Of a stretch of 64,000 nucleotides of DNA, positions 10,441-24,249 are shown piece after piece (position 1 is the stretch's first letter; each line of letters begins with the position of its first letter). The DNA lies in contig JBHGNT010000007.1 of NCBI GenBank assembly GCA_043228905.1, positions 8,060,001-8,124,000 of the forward strand, in the 5' to 3' direction. The notes under the pieces are model-generated. The model did no database searches, was not told the DNA's origin, and saw only the letters and a program-made list of their open reading frames with translations. The stretch comes from Azolla caroliniana (Eukaryota > Plantae > Polypodiophyta). The translations under genes and the position numbers were made by a program.

Positions 10441-13400
10441 CGCAAGGTAGATTTTGAAGCCCTAAATCATGTGAAAGGTACATTTTCTCTCTCCCTCTCT
10501 CCCTCTCTCCCTCTCTCTCTTCTCATAGGGTTTGGTCCTACAATGACACACTTGTAAGAGCGCCTCAAAGTTCGGGAGTATGATTGATAATGAACCGAAA
10601 TCACCAACAAATTTTGATTCCAATGCAATAAACACAATGGACAAAATGCTTATGAGTCACTTGATCTCTCTTCAAGAAACCATAAACATGCAAGGTGAGA
10701 GAGGTTAGGATGTTAATGAAAGAGAATGCTAAGCTCCAAACTATTGCCATTGAGAATGAAATTCTTAAGAAAGTGGTTGCAAAACTTGAAAAAGAGATTC
10801 AAGAATGTAAAAGAGCTTCTTTCGAAACAAATGAGTGCCTTAATAAGATTGAGTTAAAGGAAGCATTAAAAGAAGAAAAATTAGACACGATGAGGCGGGA
10901 TGTAAGTGAGATGAAAAATGTATGTACAACGAAATCATGGGCAGATGTATGTGGTGGGGATGGGGTATCAAACTCATCTAATATGCATGTGATGCATCAA
11001 GAGAAGAATATAGAAAGCATAGATGCCTGAGAATTGAAAGAGCGTGAATGAAGATCAAAGAACATTGTTACCCGTGGGATTAAAGAGGAGAGTATGGAAA
11101 CACCCGCTTCCCTTGGAAAGGCCATTGGTGAATTTTTTAGCATGCATTATGGGATGTCGGATGTGAATGTATATGGGGCACACCAAGTTGGGAAACATGG
11201 TGTTACTCGCTCCGGAGAAAGACCCATTGTATGCACAATGACGGATGATACAAAGCGGCGAATCATACTCGAAAATAGTTGGGTATACCTCAAAGGTATG
11301 CAATGCTTTGTGAGTGAAGATCGTACTATCTCACAACAAAATGCCCGTCGTAAAGCATATGAAGAAATATTGAAAAATAAGGTTAAGGATGTGCTTAAAG
11401 ATGGAAATGTAGGCAAATAGGGACACGTGACTTATGAGACTAAACCACGTCTTTCACGACTATGTTTTTGGAATTACAATGGATACCCATGGAATGCGGG
11501 ACTCGGCATAGAGGAGTTCATCGATGACTCGGATATCACACTTCTTGTTGAAACATGGGAGCATGATACTCAAAGGATTCAAGGTTTAGGAAACTATAAT
11601 GTACACTCTCTGATATGGGAGAAAAATCCAAGACAAAGACGAGGACAAGGAGGGGTGGCATGTTTGATTAAGAAGGAAATAGAGAAATATGTGTCAATCG
11701 TAAAAAATGATGAACATAAATGCTACATATGGGTCAAAATAGAAACACCTAATGATTTGCCCACTTTTGTCATTGGATGTTACATTCCTCATCAAGATTC
11801 TAACTTCTATGCTTGTTTGGATAAAGATTAACCTTTTGCAAATCTAGAAGATGATATTGCTTATTTCAAATCCAAAGGGGAAGTTATTTCTTTGGTGACA
11901 TGAATGCTCGTACAAGAAGTTTCCAACTTGATTCACAAGAATCTTTCATGCCACATATCTCAAGGATGCAAGAGGATATGCAAATGTATAGTCTTCTAGC
12001 GATTAAAAAGGTCCAGACCAATTTGGGAAACTACTCCTACAAATGTGCAATAGTACCGGATTGCTTGTTGCAAATGGTGTTTCCTTATGGCCCAATACTA
12101 ACGGCTTTACATGTAGAAAACACAATGGAAATAGTGTGATTGACTATGTGCTACTTTCCGAAGGTATTTTGGATCGTATACATAAATTCTCACCAGGGGA
12201 ATGGACACCGGAATACGATCATAGGAATTTATGTATTGATCTCTCTATGCATAGGTTTGATTGCGAGAAGGTCATTAAAGATAATAAACAAACACACTTG
12301 AGCATGAATCTTAAGCGAGCGCCCATGTATTCCAAGATGGTTGAGGATATGTTACAAATGACAAAGACAAAACATGGTGCCACACTAGAATGCAAATGGG
12401 AAGCTTTTAAGAATGTCATTCTGTCTTGTACGAACAAATGTTTTTCGATCAACCGCACATCATGGAAATGCACCAAAAAATGTAAGAAAAAATGGTTTGA
12501 TAAAGAATGTCATGAAGCTCGAAAGTGCCTTATGGTTTTGGATGTAGTTAAGGATAAAGAAAATTACCAAAAGCATTTGCATGACTATAAAAGGCTTATT
12601 CAAAGAAAGAGACGAATATGGGAAGTTACTCAACAGCTTCTATAAACGCAAGAGAAAGCACATGCATGTGCTAAATTTTGGGGAAATCTAAAGGGGAAAT
12701 GTGTTGAGAGTTATGGTGACTTAACTCTTCATGACTTGTCTATGCATTGTAAGAATTTATATGAGTTATCTCTTGCTGGAAAGATGATGTGTTATGGTTC
12801 TCTTTCACATATGTCTCCCTTCTTTACAATTGAAGATATATGCATAGGACTTAAGAAATTGGTCTCTCGAAAGGCAAGCGATCTTCAATGCATAAAAGCT
12901 GAAATGCTCAAATGGACGGGAAAGGAAGCACATACATATATGGATATGCGATATGTTTAATGATGCATTGCAACATGGTATGCCATATGATTGGACTACA
13001 AATTGGATCAAACCTTTACATAAAGGCGAAGATGTAAATAATGTAAACAACTATCGAACCATCATGGTTGGCTCATTAATGGCAAAACTGTTTGGATGTA
13101 TAATGGAATCAAAGATAAGTGTATGGGCAGAAAAAAATGGTAAGAGAGATTATGGACAAGTTGGTTTTCGAAAACACCATAGCACCATTGATCATCTTGT
13201 CACTCTTCGAGTATTAATGGAGGGAAGTCGCCTTAGAGGTAAAGGTTTATATTGTTGCTTTGTAGACTTCAAGAAAGCTTTTGATATGGTACCTCGTGAG
13301 CATCTTTGGAGGTGGATGGAAGAACTTGAGGTGCCAAGTGAATATATGCTTGCAATTTCCCGAATATATGAGAAGGTTATATGTTGTGTGCATATGAGAG

Positions 13401-14870
13401 ATAGACTTTCAGAATTTTTCAATAGCACTATTGGTGGTAATCAAGGATGCCCACTCTCACCAACATTATTTGGTCTATGCATTGATGAATTAGACGAAAT
13501 GGTTACCTAGTTTGTAAAGGAAGAATGTGTTGAAGAAGTTGCCATTAGGAATGTTGTGATTATGCTTTTGTTATATGCAAATGATGTAGTGCTTTTTGCA
13601 AATACTTCAGGAGATGCACAAAAGCTTATGAAGGCATTGGAATTTTTTTGCATGCATACTAGATTAAGTGTCAATAGCTCTAAAACAAAGATTATGCTTG
13701 TGAAGAGTCAAAAAAGAGATAAACCATGCATTATGTACAACAATGAGCCACTTGAATGTGTGGAAAGCTTCAAATATCTTGGCCTTGATGTTCCTTCAAA
13801 TTATAAATGGAATGAATGTGCTGCACGCCGCCTAGAGGTGGGTAAGCGAGCATATTATGCATTCGAGAACACATGCAATCTTGGAGATATTAAGTGTTGG
13901 GTCCTCAAGAAATATCTTTTTGACACTTTGGTGACCCCAGTTCTTCTCTATGGCGTGGAAGTACGGGGCGGTAGCATCCCTAAATCTACGTGGAAAGAGT
14001 TTGAAAATGTCCAAAAACATTTTCTTACAAAGTTTCTACAAGTTAAGAAACAAATGCCCTACACCCTCCTCCTCCTTGAGCGGGATCACTTCCCATTGAG
14101 ATCATGGCCATGGAAAGGGTTGTTGAATACATGCTTAAGGTTCAAAAAACCCCCTCACATCGACTTCCTAGAATTGCATGGGAAGCAAGCAAAAAGATCC
14201 AAAAGATGCATAAAAGCAAAATTTTGTATTCCGGTTGGATGCAATATTTAGATAAATGGTTTGGTAGATGGGATGCAAGACACTTGCTTCATGATGCGTC
14301 ACTAGATTCCTCTGTAAATGAGGCCTTTTTGCAACTCCAATGTATCATGACATGGGACAAATGTGGTGGCTCACGCTTCATACATTATACTACAAATGTT
14401 ACACCTAAGTACAAAACCATATTCTTCGCGGAATGGGGAAGTCGTACACATCGATACATGTTAGAGTCCATCCCGATATCTGCCATTCGAACCATTGCTT
14501 CCATGTGACTTAGGTCGCACGCATTGAGATGTGAGACAGGGAGTTGGGGCACAAGTGATGAGAGTGGCCGACTATGCACACTTTGCCCTAAACAAGTTCG
14601 AGAGTCTGAGTATCACACTTTGATACAATGCTCTGCCTTTGATCATATTCGATCATGCTTTCCACATCTCTTCAATCGAGACCAATCTTTGCATGAATTT
14701 CTCTCACAACCACGATGTGCACTCTTGATTGCAACATTCATTGGTAAAGTTCTTGAACATTGAGAGTCGCTACTCACCTTCACACGTATCACGTGAAATA
14801 TAATATTTTTGGTCTCATAGGTCATATTTGACCTCCAAAGACGATAATATAATCTATCTATCTATCTCTC
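10438..14870 (+). mobile_element. Full-length, decayed non-LTR retrotransposon (LINE)
   Basis: ORF1 coiled-coil ~10580-11420. ORF2 has an APE endonuclease (FWNYNG, LVETW, SVIDYVL), RT (NNYRTI, FVDFKKAFD, QGCPLSPTLF, YANDVV) and a C-terminal CTLC..ESEYHTLIQC. (TCTA)n tail. Flanked by (CT)n of the host LTR. Confidence 0.92.
11427..14800 (+). pseudogene. LINE ORF2 (endonuclease-reverse transcriptase), multiple stops/frameshifts
   Basis: ORF pieces 11427-11831, 12043-12645, 12953-13510, 13556-14251, 14104-14508 and 14524-14763 are collinear with LINE ORF2. Confidence 0.9.
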
Positions 14871-14971
14871 TCGTGAGTCTTACACACTCCCTTTCCTCTT
14901 AGTATTAATCCTCATAGTACTTTCCTTCTCTAGTACTAATTCTGTCTCTGTTTTTTGTACTATTCCTGACA

Positions 14972-14985
14972 GTTTGAACCGAATT
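14972..14985 (+). promoter_or_regulatory. Self-priming PBS of the Tcn1-like element
   Basis: TTGAACCGAATT (14974-14985) is the exact reverse complement of AATTCGGTTCAA (10325-10336), ~33 nt downstream of TATAAAA (10292). No TGG tRNA PBS is present. Confidence 0.8.
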
Positions 14986-17900
14986 CAATCATCCTCTTAT
15001 CCCTCATTCCCTTCATACTAATCATCTTATCCTCCCTAGTAAATGGCAACTGTTAGCGCACATGAATACCAATCTATTTTTTTGGAGCTCCAATGCTTAA
15101 AAGAGAAGTTTGTAGCACTAGAACAAGAAAATCATCGTCTGTTGGGGAACCTTCAGCAAATAGCTCTAGAAAAACAACAACACGGGTAACTGACGTTATG
15201 TGTGCAACAACTTGAAGCGACTATTGTATCATTACAACAACGAGGCTCAAGCGCTCAGGCGACTCACAAAGAACCCAAGATCGGCGTTCCTATGAAATTT
15301 GATGGGACCCGATCACAGTTGAGAGGTTTTCTTAATTAGGTACGTTTAGTGATTCAAATGCATCCTTCTCGATATCCCACCGATGCATCACGAGTGGGAC
15401 TAGTAGGCACGCTACTTAGTGGCATGACTTTGGCATGGTTCACCCCCCTGTTATAAAAAAGCTCTCCCTTGTTAAATAATTTTGAAAAGTTTATTAGCGA
15501 GTTCAAAACCTGTTTTGCAACTATCGACAACGTTAGGATGACAATCAACAAAATCCAAAGATTGCCCCAAGGTGATCGGCCGGCCTCAGCTTATGTTGCA
15601 GATTTCCGTCTTCTCGCCACTTATATTCCCTGGGATGACCAGGCATTAATGGAACAATTTTGTTATGGCCTACATAATGATGTCAAGGATTTACTCTTGA
15701 CTTTCCTCTAGGATCCAAAGTCATTGGTAGAAGCAATCAGTCGAATAGTACGATGCGATAACCACCTTTTCAAACGACGTTTGGAACGTTAGTTCGAAAT
15801 GCCAAGGACAAGATCAGAGCCCACCTACACCTCAATTGTAGCAAAACCTTTTCCAAGGGAGTCATATAATGTGTCTCCAACAAATACTCCAACTCCGATG
15901 GAAATCGACACCACACGTCGTCGCGGACCATTATCAGAAGTGGAAAAGCACCGACGCCGAGAAAATCGACTATGTCTTTATTGTGGTGGACTGGGGCATA
16001 TTGCAGTGAATTGTCCCCATAGGCTAAGAAGACAGGTAAACCAAATAGTCGCTAGTACTAATTGTACTAAAACTTAGTTTATTTCAGTAGAAATATCTGA
16101 TAGTCCTAATAGTACTAATTGCCCAAGTCTATCGAACAAATTTGATGTCCTTAGTCAGTTAGAAGAAGAGTTAAATGACTAAGTCTAGCCAAAATAGGAG
16201 CCATTTGGTTGGACAAGCCTAGATCTGTGCAACCCATTAGTGGTTCCATTCCCTCTTAGCAAGTTAGCAATGTGTTCTTAGCTCAAGTAATAGTTAGTAC
16301 TAAAAGTACCCCTCTAGTACATACCTTAGCACTCTTAGATTTCGGAGCTAATTCTTGCTTCATGGATAGGAATTTTGTGCAAGCTCATCAGATATCCCTA
16401 AGAAAACTTCTCTGCCCAACATCTGTAGTAGTCATTGATTGTCGTCCCATTGCTTCTGGAAATATCATAGAAGAGTCAAAGACAATTAGTATTGTTCTAG
16501 ATAATTTTCCGTGTGTAGTGTCGTTTAATATAATTAGTAGTCCAAAACATCCCATTGTTTTGGGGTTACCATGGTTCGAATTACAGAATCCGGACATAGA
16601 TTGGAGAACAAGAGAAATCAGGTATCAACAACCCCAAGAATCTACTCATAAGGTTTCAACCATTTCGCTAAATCAACTACGTGAGGAAGGACGCACGGAA
16701 TCAATGTTGTATTCGCAGTATCAGTGAAAACTTCCAACACCACCAAGGAGAAGTCAACATTTCCACTTCCAAAAAAGTATCATCATTACGCCAACGTTTT
16801 TAATAAGGTAAAAGCTAGTACTCTTCCTTATCATCAACTGTATGATTGTCCCATTGATTTATAACGAGGAAAAGAGCCACCATGGGGACCAATCTACAAC
16901 TTGTGACCAATAGAGCTTGAAGTTCTTCGAGCTTACATAGAGGAAAATTTGGCAAACAGGTTTATTTGACATTTGAAATCTCTAGCCAGTGCACCCATTT
17001 TCTTCGTCAAGAAAAAAGATGGCTCACTTTGTCTAGTCGTGAATCACCGTGGCTTGAATAAGGTCACCATCAGGAATAGGTATGCACTTCCCTTGATCTC
17101 GAGTATTTTAGAAAGGATTAATGGCGCCAAGTTTTTCACAAAAATCGACTTACGAGGAGCATATAACCTTGTACGGTTTCCACCAGGAGACGAATGGAAG
17201 ACAACTTTCCGCACCTGATATGGGCACTTCGAGTATACGGTTATGCCAATCGGCCTCACCAATGCACCAACGGACTTCTAGCACATGGCAAATGATATAT
17301 TCTGAGATCTTTTGGACATATGTTTAATCATCTACTTGGATGATCTGCTAGTTTATTCAAAGACACGGGAGGAGCATAATTTTCATGTACTATTAGTACT
17401 AAGACGACTACGAGAACATGGTCTTTATGCAAAGCTAGAGAAGTGTAGTTTTGTGTTATGTTCACATAACGTTGGTGAGCGTAGGTCACTAATATTTACA
17501 TTAGTGAAGGGTATGTTCACTAATGTTAAAAAAGGGGCTAATGTGATTGGATAGAAGGAATGATACTTGCATGCACTATCATGATTTGGGCAACCAATGA
17601 ATGGAGACCCTTTTAGAAAGGCACATCTATTCAAGGGGCCTAGGAAAAGGTATAAATATGAGGCTTAGCTACCCTCATAAACACATTACATCGAAAGGTT
17701 GTTGTCTTAGACACCGGTGGTGCGGGCTAGGCTTTCGTCTCGACGATCATGTTTATCTCTTCCAAGGTATTAGTCATCCTAATATCCAACGGTATGGGAC
17801 GTCGATGGTAGGTTGGTTATGTCTAGATCATAGCTCGGGGGTGGTCGAGTGGAATGGGTTCTTCTATCCATTCTATTTTCCTTCTTTTACTTTAGTTTGT

Positions 17901-18174
17901 TCTATTGATTAGTAATAGACTCTTAATAGTGGTATCAGAGCATTTACTGACATTTATTTTTTTGTTGTTTTGATTTTTTTTGCGTGTGAGCGATGGGGAT
18001 CTAACAAGGCTCGTCATGCTCTTCACAAGATCAAAACAACATTCTTAACCCGGTATTCTTCTTTCTCAATCTCTCTCTCCTTTCTATGATGCGTTCTTCT
18101 TGGTCGAATCAAAGTTGTATTACGTTTTATTTTCTTTCTTTCTACTTTCTACCATGCTATGATTTTAATTATTA

Positions 18175-18610
18175 TAGTGCATCGGGCCGAGCATGTTTGC
18201 ACTAATCGCACACGCTCAACTCATGGCCCTTTTGTATATTGCGATATATCTCCCACACTCCCCCTCTCTTGAGCCATCTCTTATGATAATAATTATTCTT
18301 GTGTATCGGGTCGAGCGTGTTTGCCCTAATCGCACACGCTCACCTCATGGCCCTTTTGCATATGATGTTGAGTATGCCACTCTTCCCTTTATTGAGCCAT
18401 CACTTGGCCAATTGTATGGGATGTTGTGGTCTTGACGAGTGTATGTCGCCTACCTATGCCACTCTACTCTCTATTGAGCCATTGCTTGGCTGATTCTATA
18501 GGATGTTGTGGCCTTAACAAGGTATATGCCGCTTACCTATGCCACTTTATTCTCTATTGAGCCATCACTTGACCGATTCTAGGAAGATGTGGTGGTCTTG
18601 AGGAGGTTCA
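18175..18610 (+). repeat. Tandem repeats in the G-E 5' UTR
   Basis: Two ~125-bp copies (gcatcgggccgagcatgtttgcactaatcgcacacgctc) then three ~80-bp copies (tatgccactct...attgagccat). Confidence 0.8.
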
Positions 18611-20726
18611 TGTCGACTACCTTAGGGTTTCATACCTTAAGGCATGCTTAATGTTCATACACCTAATTGATTATTATTCTAATTATTTTTTAATTACACA
18701 AATTGTCTTTTCATGTTCTTATGATTTTCTCATAATTGTCATTAAATACCCACCCACAATTAACTCTCTTTCGTGCCCTTATTTTAAGTTCATCTACACT
18801 ATTTACGTACGTTTAATGATGTAACGATTCATGTAGACTAAATTTTAATATTGAGTGGTCATCATGCCGCTTTTTAAATATTTTTTCCAAAGTGTCCTCT
18901 AGGTTTAACTCATGTAATTGAACCTTAGAACTTAATTAAAAACACATGAGTTCCCCTATTGGTGTTTAAATACTCATAAAATTGAGTACTACATCTTTGC
19001 GCACAACACCACCACCATTTATATCAACTTGTGGCTTATGTCACAATTGTGCACATTACAATCGCCATATTGGGATGGATATGTGCATACCTCGCACCAT
19101 CTCATTTGTTGGTGGTATTTTTGTTTAGTAGAAAACGCATGGTTTTTGAACCTTGTTTTCGTCACTTCTTGACTCTTATAGATAGTGACTTCTTTTTCTC
19201 TTTTTTTCATAACATTTGCTTGCTACTCGCAAGACTAGAATATTACTTGCGAGTGCACTTGTTTTTTCACGTAATACACTTTCTCGACCATGTCAATACA
19301 TGTTGGGTTGGCATTCTAATATAAGGCTAACTAGGAAACTACATTGATGTTAGAACCATGGTTGAGCCTCGGGGAGCCCCCATGATTATTCAAGATAGAG
19401 ATCCGAGAAAGACATCTTAGTTATGTTTTCCCCCATGGTTTTTAAAACATCATAGTGTTACCACAGTTATTGGATCTCGAATCACATCTCATATGTCTAG
19501 AGGGGTAAATACGTGAGATGCTTTCTTGGTAGAGTTCTTACAATCAAAATTTCAAGCATTCATTTTGCGTGTCTATTTCAAGCATACCCACAACTTGCAT
19601 CATGAAACAAGTTTTGAATGCTGTTGGAGCGATCTCTCCAACCGAGACCTCTCAACTCCAATCCGCATCTCACACACAAGCTGAGATCACTATTGAGCAA
19701 TTGCTCACTACTACCTTGAATCAATTGGCCGAAATGAGGCAAGCCAATATGGCATTGGAAAAGAAATTCCAAGAATTGACTATTGAGTCCAAGAAAGAAG
19801 TGAACCTTCTTTCGTAGTAACGCCATTCAAGGGAGATAAGAAAGAAAGAACCGAGGAGGCCATTAGCACTTGCTTGGTCATTGGGAGTCTCACTTTGAGC
19901 TCCACCCCAAGCCCGATGCTGTAAAAATTGGTTATGTCAGTCGTGAGTTAGGTGGCCAAGCTGCTGCTTGGTGGTGCAGCCTAAGGATTGTAAACAACTT
20001 ACCCACAACTTGGGAAGGTTTCGTTGATGTTTTTAAGAAATAGGTTTTGCAACCACCTTCTCAAACTGAACAAGTGCAACACTTGCTCACGTTGTCGAGT
20101 AAGCCATTTACCTCTCTCGAGGATTATGTGCATCATGCTCGGACCCATATCCAAAAATCGGGACTTACGGGTGAGAAATGGTTTGTTGCTTGCTTTTTGA
20201 ATGGTATTCCCAATGGGGATTACCATTGGATTGTCCATGACAAGGACCCCACAACTTTTGAGGAAGCCGTCAACATTGTACTTTGGTACCATAGGACTTC
20301 CAAGAAAGACCACAATAAACCTGAGTTCGCCAAAACTCTAAATGTCAAGTTCATTGGGAAACGTAAGCAATCCAGTGACACTCTTGACCGTGACTACAAG
20401 AAACCGAACCTCTTTTGTGCATATTGCAAGAAGCGGGGCCACACAAAGGATACATGTCGTCGTCTTGAGAGGAATTCAATGAACACCCCTCCTCAAGACA
20501 AATCTACGAGTCACACAGGTGAGTCTTTTGATGTTGTTGAAGTTCATACCAACCACTTAAGTTCATGTGAATGCAGTTAAATTTCCTTCACATTTACTTG
20601 GACCTAATGATTTACTCCGAGCAGTTGGGTATATCAATGGAACACAAGCACATTTCTTGTTTGATTCTGGTAGTTCTCACAATTTTCTTAATGATCACTT
20701 TGTGCAGCAAATGGAACTCCACATAA

Positions 20727-23491
20727 ACCACGTTCGCGTTCACAAGTGGAAGGATCGCGCATTCCATTTATAGATTCCTTTTATAATCTTGCGATTTTAG
20801 ATCATTTTCAAAAACTTGATACACCAGTATCACATGTTTTAAATAGCATGTAAAATTTGCTAATTTTTTGAGATTTAACAAGTTTCAAAATGATAATTTC
20901 TAAAATTGAATAGTTTTTCAGTAAATGTTTAAATGTTGATGGTTTGCAAATATGAAATGTAGTTAACTTAAAGAAAATCACAATGGTTAACTCAAGGCAC
21001 AAGTTAAGATTAATGGTTTCACCATCTTGATGAGATTAAGATTACATCTTTTGTTAGACTTGAAAATGTTTTAAGTATAGGAGGTAACATTGCAATCCTT
21101 AATGTGATCATCTATAAATTTAGTGCTCATTAACATCCATAAATTCACAACTCAAGAAATGTAGACAATAGTCATAAACAATTTTGATAAATCCACAACT
21201 CCTAAAATATAGATGATATTCATAAACTGTCAAAACTGTCAAATTTTAGATGTGAACATTAATATATCAATTTGAACATATCACACAGTTATCAGGGTAT
21301 CTACAATGTTATCCTCTTCTTCCTTTTGAGAATTCCCCTACAAAATTTGTGAAGTAAATGGCATTTGCGAAGTTAAATTACCATCAATAGAATTATTAAT
21401 GGTTTTTTGCTAATCAATGAAGCACATGTTCACCATAAGGTATCTTGTTGTGCAACATACATCTTTGTAGTATCGGTATACATCTTTTTCTCTCGTAAAA
21501 ACATAGATTTCAGTATAATTTGAGTTCATGTTTAAAAAACCTCTTTTATTTGAAAAACAAGAAGTTTTTTAAACATGAACTCGATATGTTGTATCAAGTT
21601 GATGTAAAAAACAAAGTTTTGATCATAATTCCATACAATGTATTGAATTCCGGTTCAAAGTTTTTTTTATCGGATTTAAAAATAATAAAATAATAAAATA
21701 ATAAAATAATAAGTTGAGCTTGAGTTCATATAAAAACCAGATTTCTCCTCACAATTCGATACAATGTATCGAGTTCATGTCAAAAGTTAGCTTTTCAGCA
21801 TGAATTCGATACAATGTACTGAGTTCATGTGATCGTGTAGAAAAGTCCACTTTTTAACACGAACTCCATACATTGTATCAAGTTTGTGTAGAAAAGTCAA
21901 CTTTTTTACACAAACTCGATACAATGTATGGAGTTCGTGTTGAAAAATAGAGTTTTGAACACAAACTCGATACATTGTATCAAGTTCGTGTTGAAAAGCT
22001 AACTTGTTTAATATTTATTTAGGTTTTTTGTTTTTTTTTTTGAAATGTTTTTTTGAGCTTTAATAAATGATGAAAAAACCAGAGTTTTCATCACAAGTCA
22101 ATATAATGTATCGAATTCATGTTTAAAATTATTTTTTTTCCATAAAAAAATTTGAAAACAAATTAGAAGAAATTACTTTAAACATGAACTCGATACATTG
22201 TATCGAATTGTGATGAGAAATCTGGTTTTTATATGAACTCAAGCTCAACTTATTTTTTTATTTTTTTTAAAAATCTGGTAAGAAAAACTTTAACCATGAA
22301 TTCAATACATTGTATGGAATTATGATCAAAACTCTGTTTTTTACATCAACTTGATACAAAATATCGAGTTCATGTTTTAAAATCTTCTTGTTTTTCAAAT
22401 AAAAGAGGTTTTTTAAACATGAACTTGAATCGTACTAAAATCTTTGTTTTTAGAAGAGAAAAACGATAGTGCAAAGAAGTATGTTGCATAACAAGATACC
22501 TTATGGTGAATATGTGTATCATTGATTAACAAAAAACCATTAATAATTGTGTTGATGGTAATTGAACCTTGCAAATGTCATTTACATGGTCTATAAAGTA
22601 TTCTCGTGGTTCTCAATGACCACTTCAAGCACTTAATGTTGATCTTCATAGTTTGATTTATCTACAACAGAGAAACATTGATGTGGAACAAAGGATGACA
22701 ACACGAGCATAACTCAGGTGACAAGGAAAATTGCAAGAACTCAAGGTGGGGATATTAATAACTACACATGTAGATGGCCATGAGCTAGGGTACCAATTCT
22801 ACATTGGTAAAGTTTTGGACGTGATGATGCATTAAACCCTTGTAATACATCTATCATTGACATTAGTTAGGTGGATATCATTGTGTATGACTTTACATTG
22901 ACAAAAGTTGGATGTTTAAGGACAACAACAATATAGATAATAAAAGAGATATTACCAAGTCTAGAAGATATCTCAGATTAAAGGTGAAGAAGATTTACTG
23001 CACACAATTTGGAGACACCATTTGGTGAAGACATTGATTTGATTGGTACATTTGAAAATGAACGAAGAGTCACAATTGTATATTATCTATAGTAGTGATT
23101 CTCATGAAAAGAATGATGATATTTATGCAAATAACTCCCAAATGTATTTGTTGTGCAACTGTGTAACAAATTTAAACATTTTATCGAATGAAATAAAAAC
23201 GTTCATTGTTTTGAAATCTTGTACTTTTGATTTCTTCAAGATCTAAAAACTTATTAGTTGTCATTTTTCTTTAAAAATACACAAAGTTTCTTTTCGTATT
23301 TGACCAAAATTTGGCATTTTTGAATTTTACCAAATGGTAAAAATTTTAACTTTTTCATCAAGTTTTAGAGAACATGTGATACCAGTATCAAGGTGTTTTG
23401 TGAAATGGCAAAAAAAAAAACAAAATCAAATAGAATATTCCTTATCCTTCCACTTGTGCACGATCCTTCCACTTGTGAACGCGAATGTGTT
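20727..23491. mobile_element. Non-autonomous TIR DNA transposon inserted in the G-E protease
   Basis: TIR cacgttcgcgttcacaagtggaaggatcg / cgatccttccacttgtgaacgcgaatgtg, plus subterminal inverted blocks (20815-20838 vs 23371-23392). The host reading HIN|TSDH is restored on removal. Flanking duplication ATAA(AC). Confidence 0.85.
21354..22585. repeat. ~1.2-kb foldback (long inverted repeat) with internal palindromic subrepeats
   Basis: gtaaatggcatttgc...caccataaggtatcttgtt is mirrored by aacaagataccttatggtg...gcaaatgtcatttac. Repeated GAACTCGATACA(A/T)TGTATCGAGTTC-type units. Confidence 0.9.
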
Positions 23492-24249
23492 ATAAACACA
23501 AGTGATCATATCTATCAAGTTCACATGGCAAATGGAAGCGTTCAATACATTAGTGGCATTGTTTATCAACCACCAATTGAAATAGATACCTATTTGGAGA
23601 AGCTACACTTTCATGTTATAAAACTACAATTCGCAAATGTCATTTTAGGATACCCTTGGTTTTTTAATAAAAACCCTTCTTTGTCCATTGATTGGGTTAA
23701 TCACTCAATCACATTCGAACTTAATAATTGTAAACATTTTATTCAATGTTCCAAACTTCGTTCTCGTTCACTTGTGTCTTCTAAATCTTTAAGTGAGTAT
23801 TCTAGTTCATTATTTTATTCGTGTGTAATTGATCCTGTGCTTCAATTTTATTATTTTAATATTGACGCCACACAATTACCACATTATGAACAACGATTAC
23901 TCGACTCTATTTTAGACGATTTTCAAGACATGTTTCCTAACGAATTGCCGCTTACTTTACCACCAAAACGTTGTCGCGAAGTTTCGCACGCGTGTGTTAC
24001 TTGGGCGGGATCACGGGGGTCTTGGACTAGGGAGTACTCAAGGGATAGAGAAGACCTAAGGTTTGCTTTATGACAATACTACTTTCCGACCCTTCCCGAG
24101 CAAGGTCTCATTGCCCTTTGTTTTGTGAGGCCGATGGCTCTCGTTGATCACGACTCGTCGAGCTTTCGAGATCACCGCACGAGCCAAGTGATCAAATGAG
24201 TACAAGCAAGATGAGCACGCAAGATGAACGCACAAGGGGACGATAACAC

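Larger units (their letters stand above)
10092..17453 (+). mobile_element. Tcn1/Tf1-sushi-like chromoviral gypsy, 5' half (5' LTR 10092-14971 split by a LINE)
   Basis: LTR TGTCATG...CCTGACA. Degenerate gag from ~15043 (PMKFDGTRSQLRGFL; PMEID..CLYCGGLGHIAVNCP), protease [26 protein letters not shown] / NRYALPLI / YLDDLLVYS. Truncated by the next LTR at 17454. Confidence 0.88.
17454..23971 (+). mobile_element. Met-primed gypsy G-E, 5' part (LTR 17454-17928, long 5' UTR, gag, protease)
   Basis: LTR starts TGTTATG, PBS TGGTATCAGAGC at 17930. Gag CAYCKKRGHTKDTC. Protease FLFDSGSSHNF continues after the TIR insertion (VILGYPWF..IDW). Ends at FPNELPLTLPPKR, where G-C inserted. Confidence 0.85.

Noticed and set aside
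22590-23250. Transposase remnant inside the TIR element
   Set aside because: Composition looks coding-like, but no ORF or catalytic motif is recognisable.
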